IMG/VR virus record: IMGVR_UViG_3300045988_037980
Length of the DNA: 51,076 nucleotides
Reading direction: 5' to 3' (one strand)
Origin: a virus
Shown: positions 34,269 to 42,158 of the stretch, piece by piece
Layout of the letters: each line of letters begins with the position of its first letter
How positions within the stretch are numbered: the first letter of the stretch is position 1
Program-made: the position numbers and the translations under genes
Notes under the pieces: generated by a model
Seen by the model: only the letters and a program-made list of their open reading frames with translations
Told to the model about the DNA's origin: nothing
Databases searched by the model: none

Positions 34269-35021
34269 TCAAAACAATTTTGGCGTAATGCAAGATAAAA
34301 CTTGCTCTTTCGCCGCTTTGTAAAAGTCTTTTTTGATTTCAAATCCATATCCTTTTCTTTGTAAGTTTGCCGCTGCCAATAATGTTGTTCCACTTCCGGC
34401 GCAAGGGTCAATGACCACATCGCCGGGGTCTGTGAATATCCGAATAAGGCGTTCAAGCAAAGGAACGGGCTTTTGTGTCGGATGCACTTTGGGCGTTTCG
34501 CTATCCCTTATCCAATCAAAGCAATTAAAAATCATCCTGCCATCATTGTTGAACTTGGGCAACTTATCCCGGTACAACAATATCCCATATTCACAATTGC
34601 CAACGACTTTCATATTCGCTTTCAATACTTGTGCGGAAAAGTTCTTTCGGAAAACAAGGTTGATGTAATGGTTAAAACCATATCGTTTGCCAAGTTCTAT
34701 GTATTTGAATTGTTGTTCAAACTCGCAAAACACAATCATGCAAGGGGATTTCCCCGGTTGTTTAGGCTCTTTTATAAGCATCTGCGAACAAAAGTGCATA
34801 AATTCAGCCGGGCGAAAATCCTTGTCCGTATCGAAAAACTCCTTACCAGCCTTTTCCGATTCTCCGTTTTTGTTATCCCCATCGACATACCATGCCGGAT
34901 TACTTGCATAAGCATTGACCCCCAAATTATAAGGCGGGTCGGCAATGATTAATTGCGCTTTCGGGATTCCATAAACTTTGAAGTTTTGGAAATGGTCATT
35001 GAATAATTCTATATTCTTCAT
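34269..35021 (-). CDS. DNA methyltransferase (N6-adenine/N4-cytosine, beta class)
   Basis: IIADPPYNLG (DPPY) near the N-terminus and VVIDPCAGSGTT (SAM motif I) near the C-terminus. Confidence 0.85.
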   Translation of the reverse strand: MKNIELFNDHFQNFKVYGIPKAQLIIADPPYNLGVNAYASNPAWYVDGDNKNGESEKAGKEFFDTDKDFRPAEFMHFCSQMLIKEPKQPGKSPCMIVFCEFEQQFKYIELGKRYGFNHYINLVFRKNFSAQVLKANMKVVGNCEYGILLYRDKLPKFNNDGRMIFNCFDWIRDSETPKVHPTQKPVPLLERLIRIFTDPGDVVIDPCAGSGTTLLAAANLQRKGYGFEIKKDFYKAAKEQVLSCITPKLF

Positions 35022-35587
35022 CGTCTGTCGGTTACAATATCAAATACCGCCTTTGTCAAGTTTATGTCATATAAGGCATTGTGCAATGATTCACTTTCGA
35101 CATCAACGCCAAGCGTTTTGGCGACCGTGGATAACTTGAAATTCTCCATGTCCGGGCGGCGGGTCGCAAGGTATGCGGATGCAAGCACCATCACATCAAT
35201 TGTGTTCGACCAAAACCAAGAACCAAAGTATTGGTCGCCGTTCTGCAAGAAGAATCCACGCAAAAATTGATTGTCGAAAGCCGCATTGTTATAACCGACC
35301 AAGAAGAACTTGTCTTTCTTGTTGTACTTATCGACATACTTTTCAAGCATCGCAACAAATTCGGAATATACTTGTCGCATTGGCGGGTATGCCAACACTT
35401 GTTCACGTGTTACCCCTGCAACTTTCAAGGCTTCATCTTCGATTATCGCCCTTGGGTTTGGTTGAACGTGAAAGTCGAATTGTTCTTTGGAAACACCATC
35501 AATCACGATTTCACCCGATATTTGATAGATTCCATTCTTGCCGGGATTTACCCCGGTCGTTTCAAGGTCAAAGAATAGTAACTTCAT
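35018..35587 (-). CDS. DnaQ-like 3'-5' exonuclease (DEDD family)
   Basis: FFDLETTG (ExoI), GYNNAAFD (ExoII) and HNALYD (ExoIII). Confidence 0.85.
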   Translation of the reverse strand: MKLLFFDLETTGVNPGKNGIYQISGEIVIDGVSKEQFDFHVQPNPRAIIEDEALKVAGVTREQVLAYPPMRQVYSEFVAMLEKYVDKYNKKDKFFLVGYNNAAFDNQFLRGFFLQNGDQYFGSWFWSNTIDVMVLASAYLATRRPDMENFKLSTVAKTLGVDVESESLHNALYDINLTKAVFDIVTDRR

Positions 35588-35595
35588 TGTTTTTT

Positions 35596-35612
35596 TGTTT
35601 TATAGTGAAACA
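35596..35612. repeat. 17-nt palindromic element, copy 7
   Basis: TGTTTTATAGTGAAACA, 8 nt upstream of the ATG at 35587. Confidence 0.7.
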
Positions 35613-35619
35613 TTATTTT

Positions 35620-36663
35620 CTAAATCTTCGATAACCATTGTTCCCATATTCTGCTTGCGACTTGCGCCATCATCACGGGTGGCACGGACATTCCGCACAC
35701 ATAATGGGGTGACTGACCGCCGAAATTGTAGTCTTGCGGAAAGGATGAAATGCAACACACTTCACTTTTGGCAAGGAATTTCGGTTGCACAAAATGAATT
35801 AAGCATGATTCCTTGCTTGCAAGGGTCGGGCATATCCTGTCCGGGTACGCATAAGCCTGATTGAAATTTGACCCTTTGCCGAATAACCTTTCATTCGCAT
35901 CACCTTGGTTCGTGTCGCCATCTTTGCGGTTATCCCACAAAAGACGCATCACCTTTGAATTGATTTCACGCCCCGAATAGTCAGCGACTTCACCAAACAT
36001 TATTGGCGGCTCGTTGAAGTCAAGGTCTAATTTGGGTACTTCGTTGAAAAGGTCTTGCCTTATCAAAAATGGGGTGGCAAGGTCTTTCCGTAAACAGACA
36101 AAGAAAACCCGTTCACGCCTTTGCGGAACACCCATCTTTTGAGCGTCAAGCAACCAATGTTGGCAATAGTACCCGGCATCCTCGAATCCATCATATATCC
36201 GCCTTACATAATCCTTGGCTTCACCAAGCAACAATCCCTTGACGTTTTCGGCAACAACGACTTTGGGTTGCAGTTTCTTTGCAAGGTCTATGAAGTCGAA
36301 AAACAAGGTATCTAATACTTGCGCCGCTTGCCCCTCTCGAAAGTGTTTCATCTTTCCCCATGCTTCTTCACGGCTTCCGGCAACCGAAAACGTGGAACAA
36401 GGCGGCGACCCGTCCAGCACGTCAAGGTTGTACAATTCGGGCGGCAAATCCGTTCTATCCTTGAATGTCTGTATCGGTTCAAGGAAAGGGAACTTGGGGT
36501 TGTGGTTCTGACAATATGCGTACATCATGCGGTGGTCTATCTCATTGCACCCGATTACATCGAACCCGGCAAGTTTGTAACCCATAGAACTGCCCCCCCA
36601 CAAGCAAAACATGAAAAGACCGCCCCTTTGTCTTTGGTGAAGTGGGCATCTTTCAAAGTCCAA
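35620..36663 (-). CDS. dcm: DNA (cytosine-5)-methyltransferase
   Basis: GGSSMGYKLAGF (motif I region), GSPPCSTFSVAG (PC motif), AENVKGL (ENV) and QRRERVFFV (motif VIII). Confidence 0.9.
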   Translation of the reverse strand: MDFERCPLHQRQRGGLFMFCLWGGSSMGYKLAGFDVIGCNEIDHRMMYAYCQNHNPKFPFLEPIQTFKDRTDLPPELYNLDVLDGSPPCSTFSVAGSREEAWGKMKHFREGQAAQVLDTLFFDFIDLAKKLQPKVVVAENVKGLLLGEAKDYVRRIYDGFEDAGYYCQHWLLDAQKMGVPQRRERVFFVCLRKDLATPFLIRQDLFNEVPKLDLDFNEPPIMFGEVADYSGREINSKVMRLLWDNRKDGDTNQGDANERLFGKGSNFNQAYAYPDRICPTLASKESCLIHFVQPKFLAKSEVCCISSFPQDYNFGGQSPHYVCGMSVPPVMMAQVASRIWEQWLSKI

Positions 36664-36675
36664 CGATAATCGAAT

Positions 36676-37284
36676 TTATGCGGTTTCATTTGTTTTATTC
36701 AATATATTGTTTACCCTTGTCGCCATATCCCGGAATTGCGGATTGTACTTGAAATCATCATCATACTTCCGCAATAAATGAAGCATCGAAGAATGGTCAC
36801 GGCGAACATACTTGGCTATCTGTGTCAGCTTCATTTTTCGCTTGCGGCAATGATACACGAATATCATCCGGGCAAACACCCCGTCACGCTTGCGCGACTT
36901 GGTGATATATTGATTGAAGCGTAACCCCGTCACTTCATGGATTGCATTTTGTATGCGCAAGATTGCCTTGTATTCATCATTTAGAATGATTATGTTTGAT
37001 TCAAACAATACATCCTTACCCGTGCGGTTGGCAAAATCAAATTCTATTGAAGCCCCGGTTGAAGTAGTCCAATTATCCATCATGTAGATTGCATCACACG
37101 AATGCAGCATTTCAATATCCTTGCATAAATGCTTTATCCATTCTTCATGGGTCGCAAGACCATTCTTTAACGGGTTTATCACTTCAAAGCCAAGTTCCGT
37201 CAATAAGGCTTCCGCATCTTCAAACCTTTGTTCGGCTTCCTTGTAAGGCAAGCCGCTTATCTTTCCTGAAATGTATATCCTCAT
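36676..37284 (-). CDS. Fusion protein: DUF4406 (nucleoside deoxyribosyltransferase-like) N-domain plus DnaA C-terminal-like HTH domain
   Basis: N-terminus MRIYISGKISGLPY...AIYMMDNWTTSTGASIEFDFA. C-terminus ...RKRDGVFARMIFVYHCRKRKMKLTQIAKYVRRDHSSMLHLLRKY resembles DnaA domain IV. Confidence 0.55.
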   Translation of the reverse strand: MRIYISGKISGLPYKEAEQRFEDAEALLTELGFEVINPLKNGLATHEEWIKHLCKDIEMLHSCDAIYMMDNWTTSTGASIEFDFANRTGKDVLFESNIIILNDEYKAILRIQNAIHEVTGLRFNQYITKSRKRDGVFARMIFVYHCRKRKMKLTQIAKYVRRDHSSMLHLLRKYDDDFKYNPQFRDMATRVNNILNKTNETA

Positions 37285-38063
37285 GGCTGCAAGTTCTTTT
37301 GATGGTTATGCAAAAACTTATTCACGAAATACACTTGACCCTTGCCCGTTACCTTGGTCGTGTTGGATATAAGAGTGTCGCCGTTTGGCTTCTGAATGGT
37401 TGTTTTCTTTATCTCGAACAAGCCCATTTCCATTGCCTTTTGGGTCGGTTGATTATACCTTTCACCATATTGGCACAAATAACCGTTGTCACGCATCCAT
37501 TGGAAAAGCCGCTTTTCGCCCGTCTGAACACCGTTTTGGCATATTATCTTGGCAAGTTCACCGATAAGCACGGATTGTTTGGCGGTTTCAACCGCTTGTG
37601 AGAATAGGACACGGGGCGCATCGGCTTCAATCTGCTTTTGTTGCCGCTCGATTTGTTCCGCCTGTGCCGCTGCAAGGCGTAATGCTTCCGAAAAAGTTTG
37701 AGGGATTGCCGGATATTGCGGTTTGACTTGTTGAAATGCTCTTTCCATTTTGGAAAACATATCAATAAAAGCCATCTTGAATTGGTTTGCTTTTTCTCCA
37801 TTCCAACGCATAACCAAGGCGCAAAAGCCCTCTTTGGTCATTAGAAATATAGGTTGCTGTTTCCCTTGTGAATCATAGTAAGTTGATTCACAAAATGTTT
37901 GGCGGTTGGCTAACAAGTTAGCCGACATCATAATGTCACGGATAGACCTTATCACGTTTTTATGTTGCCGCCCGAACACCTGTGCGACTTTCAAAGAATC
38001 GGTCACGGGTGTTCCCTTTTCGGTCTTATAGACCGCATCTTGTTGAATGATAATACCGTCCAT
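37281..38063 (-). CDS. Rha-family phage regulatory protein N-domain plus ANT/KilAC C-domain
   Basis: N-terminus TDSLKVAQVFGRQHKNVIRSIRD (Rha-like). The C-terminus is paralogous to 24185..25078. Confidence 0.75.
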   Translation of the reverse strand: MDGIIIQQDAVYKTEKGTPVTDSLKVAQVFGRQHKNVIRSIRDIMMSANLLANRQTFCESTYYDSQGKQQPIFLMTKEGFCALVMRWNGEKANQFKMAFIDMFSKMERAFQQVKPQYPAIPQTFSEALRLAAAQAEQIERQQKQIEADAPRVLFSQAVETAKQSVLIGELAKIICQNGVQTGEKRLFQWMRDNGYLCQYGERYNQPTQKAMEMGLFEIKKTTIQKPNGDTLISNTTKVTGKGQVYFVNKFLHNHQKNLQP

Positions 38064-38085
38064 TGTTATATCGTTTATTAGTTAT

Positions 38086-38271
38086 TTATTCCGCATCATC
38101 ATCAAAATAATCTTGGTTTTCATCCAAGAAAGCATCCAACGCATCATTGCAATATAAACCCTCGCAAATACTATCGCATAGATGGTCGATTTCGCCTTGT
38201 TTCCACGGGCAATAATCACATAAATCATCACCCAATGTTTCTTTCAATTCTTCATTTGTCATTTGTTTCAA
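38086..38271 (-). CDS. Small acidic Cys-containing protein
   Basis: 61-aa ORF in the operon. Confidence 0.45.
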   Translation of the reverse strand: MKQMTNEELKETLGDDLCDYCPWKQGEIDHLCDSICEGLYCNDALDAFLDENQDYFDDDAE

Positions 38272-38590
38272 GTTCTATCTTTGCAATTGCTTTGAGTTCT
38301 TGAAGCCGCTTTTTCAACACTTCCACTTGTTCATCCATTACCTGAATGGCAATTTCAGGCGATATGTTGAAAATGCGCATTGATGAACATATACCATCGG
38401 GAACGCCCAATTGCATACCCTTTCCATATTTGCCGAAACTTGATTCATTTTCAGCAATGGGGCGTTGGTCTTTTTCCGCACGTTCACGCGCCTTTTTGAC
38501 TTCCTCGCACATTTCGGACTTGATTTTTCCGATTTCTTCAATCTGTTGGTGGCAATTGTAAATTTGCCTTGCTGTTTCTTTTGTTATCAT
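38252..38590 (-). CDS. Hypothetical protein
   Basis: 112-aa ORF in the operon. Confidence 0.5.
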   Translation of the reverse strand: MITKETARQIYNCHQQIEEIGKIKSEMCEEVKKARERAEKDQRPIAENESSFGKYGKGMQLGVPDGICSSMRIFNISPEIAIQVMDEQVEVLKKRLQELKAIAKIELETNDK

Positions 38591-38595
38591 AGTTG

Positions 38596-39369
38596 TTAAA
38601 TTTTACGTCTGTCTTTTCCTTTGATTTCAAAATAGTTGCACATTTCCCGAAGTCGGCTTGCCACACGGTCGCCATACCTGTTGGATAATGCTTCACCGTT
38701 GATTTTAAGATTTGAAGTGATAAGGGTTAATTCATCGGTCTTGTCACCTCTGTATTCAAGCACATTCCGCATCACATCAAGGCGATTGCCCATGTACATT
38801 GATTCTTGCGGCTCGCTGCCTAAATCCTGAACACCAAGAATGCCTTGTGTCTTGAACCGTTGGATGTTCCCATCTTCAATGAACCTGTCGCAAATTTCAT
38901 CCGCCCGAAAGGTTGCCCACCACAAAGGGCGTGTCGTGTTGTCTTTCTCCATTGACACCCGGAAACCCCATGCAGCACTATATGCAAGCATGATTTCAAG
39001 ACACCAAGATTTGCCCGAACCTGTATTTCCCGCAATGTAAATTCCACGTTTCAAATTCCCCGGAACAATCTGCCTTGTTTCCGGGTCAAGGCATCGCATT
39101 GACGTGTCGCAATGACACCATTTGATGAAGTTTTCGTAAGTGAAGCGGTTTTCATCGTCAATCACAAACTTTGCGTTTCGGCTTTTTCCGATTGCTTCAA
39201 CAATCTTCAATGCTTCTTCAACGTCATATTGCAAGTATTGGTAACGGGTAATGCCGACAAACAACCCACGTTGCTTCACGGCTTCCATAATGCGCCCGAT
39301 ACTTGGCATCTGCACTTTCACGGTCTTTTGATTGCCGTCCTTGCCTGTTATGGTATCTTTTATATCCAT
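38596..39369 (-). CDS. P-loop ATPase, DnaC/IstB-like helicase loader candidate
   Basis: Walker A IAGNTGSGKSW. Located downstream of the replication organiser gene. Confidence 0.6.
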   Translation of the reverse strand: MDIKDTITGKDGNQKTVKVQMPSIGRIMEAVKQRGLFVGITRYQYLQYDVEEALKIVEAIGKSRNAKFVIDDENRFTYENFIKWCHCDTSMRCLDPETRQIVPGNLKRGIYIAGNTGSGKSWCLEIMLAYSAAWGFRVSMEKDNTTRPLWWATFRADEICDRFIEDGNIQRFKTQGILGVQDLGSEPQESMYMGNRLDVMRNVLEYRGDKTDELTLITSNLKINGEALSNRYGDRVASRLREMCNYFEIKGKDRRKI

Positions 39370-40103
39370 TCGTCATTGCATTTTTTTGTTACACTTGCTT
39401 TTCTTGCCGGGCGTATATTGTCACGTTTCGACCATGTGACAACCGCCATCCGCCAATCTTTCATCTTGTTTTTGCCGACCATCCAACCTTTGCTTTCGTA
39501 GAACGCAATGAATGCTTCCGCATCAACTGAATATCCTTTTTCTTGAATGTAGGATTGCACTTCTTCAAAAGTAGGGGGGCGAAACCGCTTGGCGGGTTCG
39601 CTCTTTTCTTTAATACTTTCTTTTATATTATTCTTTTCTTTTATTTCCTTTTCTTTATGTCCTGCATTTGCATTGCTTGCGCATTCGACTTGCATTGCTT
39701 GTGCATTTGATTTAACTTGATTGTTAATTGCTGCTTCTTGTGCATTTGCTTGACTTTCAAGATTTTTTCGCCACCTTTCCAAAGCTGCCAACTTGCGTTT
39801 GTCCGAAATATCCTTTCTCCTGTTCAAACGGTTCAAAACAGATTCAGACCAAAATTTTTCACCATCATTCTTGAACAATCCGTAATTGTAAACAAGCAAA
39901 TCAACCACCTTGCAATCCACGTGTAAAGCAAATGCAATGCTTTTGCATGAACGCAAAGGCAATGTTCCACCTTGCTCGTATAATTGTTCTATGATGCACC
40001 AAAATACGCCGATACCCTCAACGCCAAGGTCAATCAACACGTCTTGCAATTTTGGGTCATTCCGGGCATTGTAATCATGTTGGAAATAATACACTTCTTT
40101 CAT
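39360..40103 (-). CDS. Replication initiation/organiser protein (DUF4373-like N-domain, DnaD-like C-domain)
   Basis: N-terminus YYFQHDYNARNDPKL..L....G.EG.G.FW.IIE.LY. C-terminus FEEVQSYIQEKGYSVDAEAFIAFYESKGWMVGKNKMKDWR. Confidence 0.65.
   Translation of the reverse strand: MKEVYYFQHDYNARNDPKLQDVLIDLGVEGIGVFWCIIEQLYEQGGTLPLRSCKSIAFALHVDCKVVDLLVYNYGLFKNDGEKFWSESVLNRLNRRKDISDKRKLAALERWRKNLESQANAQEAAINNQVKSNAQAMQVECASNANAGHKEKEIKEKNNIKESIKEKSEPAKRFRPPTFEEVQSYIQEKGYSVDAEAFIAFYESKGWMVGKNKMKDWRMAVVTWSKRDNIRPARKASVTKKCNDEWI
39668..39707. repeat. Iteron-like direct repeats inside the replication organiser gene
   Basis: TTGCATTGCTTGCGCATT (39668..39685) and TTGCATTGCTTGTGCATT (39690..39707), 22 nt apart. 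A third partial copy, CTTGTGCATTTGCTTG, lies near 39740. An AT/purine-rich tract is adjacent at 39600..39660. Confidence 0.5.
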
Positions 40104-40876
40104 CGCTTGACGTGTTTTTGTGATTCACCGATACCGAACAACGCAAAGTCATATTTACACGGGTCTTGGGGGTCGAAAGCCGCCAAATTCCGGGTCAGTT
40201 CCTCAACGGTCTTACGGTCGTTGCCTTGGCGTGTAATCAAGCCCAATTCACGCCCCACACGGGCGACATGAACATCAAGGGGCATCATCAATTGACTTGG
40301 CTTCAAGTTATGCCAAACGCCCAAATCAACAATTCCATCTTGACGGCATAACCAACGCAACATAAGATTCAGTCTTTTGCAAGGTGAACCGCCCTTGTGC
40401 CTGTTGGGTGTCGGGTCAGATATATGCTTTGAGTATTCACCGCCATTCGCTTGTGCGAACAATTCACGCAATCTTGAAAAACCATCCCAAACGGTTAAGT
40501 CACCTTGCCCGAAAGCGATTGCCAAAGTGTTGCTTGTCAGATACACAAATTGCAAGCCCCGACACATATACGCCAAATCACGACCAAAAAATGTGCGGTG
40601 AATGTTGCATTTCGGGTCTATGTGTTGCCAACTTCCGTGCATCACAAAATTATAAGGCTTGCCATCCATAATGTCAAACAACATCTTTCGACAACCGTTC
40701 ATTATCTGTTTTCTATTGCCCCAAGCAATTGTCGAAGCAAGGAAAGCGGCAATTTCAATATCTTGTTTGGATTTACCCAAGAAACAACGTGGAAATGCCA
40801 CCGGGTCATTCTCCATGAATGCCGTTGTGTTATACCTTGCCACAAGGGATTCCAATGTTATTTTCAAATCATTCAT
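40100..40876 (-). CDS. TIGR02757/DUF2400-like protein (HhH-GPD glycosylase-like fold family)
   Basis: ENDPVAFPR, IAAFLASTIAWGNRKQI, CKRLNLMLRWLCRQDGIVDLGVW and MPLDVHV, recalled as family hallmarks. Confidence 0.6.
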   Translation of the reverse strand: MNDLKITLESLVARYNTTAFMENDPVAFPRCFLGKSKQDIEIAAFLASTIAWGNRKQIMNGCRKMLFDIMDGKPYNFVMHGSWQHIDPKCNIHRTFFGRDLAYMCRGLQFVYLTSNTLAIAFGQGDLTVWDGFSRLRELFAQANGGEYSKHISDPTPNRHKGGSPCKRLNLMLRWLCRQDGIVDLGVWHNLKPSQLMMPLDVHVARVGRELGLITRQGNDRKTVEELTRNLAAFDPQDPCKYDFALFGIGESQKHVKR

Positions 40877-40926
40877 TGTTGCGATATTGAAGCCCCCGAC
40901 CCGACAAGCAAGCCGGGGGCATTTTG

Positions 40927-41667
40927 TTAAACTTCAATGATTGCGATTTCCGGCGCAATCTCCTTTATTTGCTCCAATTGTTCATCAATAACCTTGTCAC
41001 GCAAATCTTCAAGCGTTACTTGTGCGCCCGGCGACAACAACACAAAGGCGACTTCACGCCCGTTCACCTGTGCGAATGTTTCCACCTCTATTGTTTCGGG
41101 CTGCATACCCTTGAAGATGGGCATTTGGATGGTGAATGATTCCGGCAAGTTGGAATTGACCACTTGGGCGAAATTGTCCGTGCGGTTGCCGTTTTCCTTG
41201 ACCGCCCTTTCAATCTTGTTGTTCACATCGGCGGTGAAGTTCATCAGGCTTGAAACCAGCTTCATGTTTTCGTTGCGGTCGGCAAAGAATGCCCGGTTCA
41301 TCTTGATAAACAAGCCAAGTTCCGTGGGTGTCCAGACTTTGCCGCCGTTAATGCCAAATTCAATGAACTTGGGGTTGTAACTCAATTTGCCCGTTATTTC
41401 ACCACGCCTGTATTCATCCGCTTCATTCGTTATCAAGGTGATTTCGATTGATTCACGGTTTACAAGCACAAGGCAATCTTTTTGTTCAAATTGCCCGGTG
41501 TTAATTCTCTTTTTGAGGTATTCAACGACCGCCCCGATAACACCTTTCAAGTTAGTTTTAACGGGTGCTTTGGGTTCAAGTTCTTTCGCTGCTGCACCCT
41601 CACGAATGACAAGTTCCGCTTTGCTCATTCCGGGCGCAAGGTTGATTTGCAATTTTTCATTATCCAT
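40927..41667 (-). CDS. Hypothetical protein
   Basis: 246-aa ORF in the early operon. Confidence 0.55.
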   Translation of the reverse strand: MDNEKLQINLAPGMSKAELVIREGAAAKELEPKAPVKTNLKGVIGAVVEYLKKRINTGQFEQKDCLVLVNRESIEITLITNEADEYRRGEITGKLSYNPKFIEFGINGGKVWTPTELGLFIKMNRAFFADRNENMKLVSSLMNFTADVNNKIERAVKENGNRTDNFAQVVNSNLPESFTIQMPIFKGMQPETIEVETFAQVNGREVAFVLLSPGAQVTLEDLRDKVIDEQLEQIKEIAPEIAIIEV

Positions 41668-41685
41668 AATTCAAAAATTTAGTTG

Positions 41686-42129
41686 TTAATTGTCCGTTCC
41701 TGTTTTGGGGTTAAGATTGCGCACCACGCCAAAAATGGTGGGTTGCAGTTCGTCAGCGGTCGCCGGGCGGCTCTCAACCAATTTGCCGTCCTTGTTGTAG
41801 TACCCGGTTTCCTTTGTTTCTTGGTCGGTGAACCTGTAACATATTTCGGTTACATATTCCGCCTTTGCCTTGATATTGCGAACCATCTGTTTGCGTTGTT
41901 CCTGCAAGGGCTTCAACTTGCCCTTGAAAGTTTCCATCGCTTCTTTCTTTTTGTTTTCAAGTTCTTCAATCTCAATCGACACGTTGGCAAGGTTTTCTTT
42001 ATGCCCTTGCAATTCTTCCGGGGTGTATGGCTTCATGTAGCCCTTATTTTCGCAAGCATCGCAATTATCTTTCAAGAATGCTTCACGTTGAATCGGGTTC
42101 TTGTATTCCTGCCCAAGTTCTTTTTCCAT
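41686..42129 (-). CDS. Hypothetical protein
   Basis: 147-aa ORF, charged and helical. Confidence 0.55.
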   Translation of the reverse strand: MEKELGQEYKNPIQREAFLKDNCDACENKGYMKPYTPEELQGHKENLANVSIEIEELENKKKEAMETFKGKLKPLQEQRKQMVRNIKAKAEYVTEICYRFTDQETKETGYYNKDGKLVESRPATADELQPTIFGVVRNLNPKTGTDN

Positions 42130-42137
42130 ATCCGATT

Positions 42138-42154
42138 TGTTTTACTATGAAACA
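42138..42154. repeat. 17-nt palindromic element, copy 8
   Basis: TGTTTTACTATGAAACA, 8 nt upstream of the ATG at 42129 and 4 nt after the stop of 42159..42779. Confidence 0.7.
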
Positions 42155-42158
42155 CATT

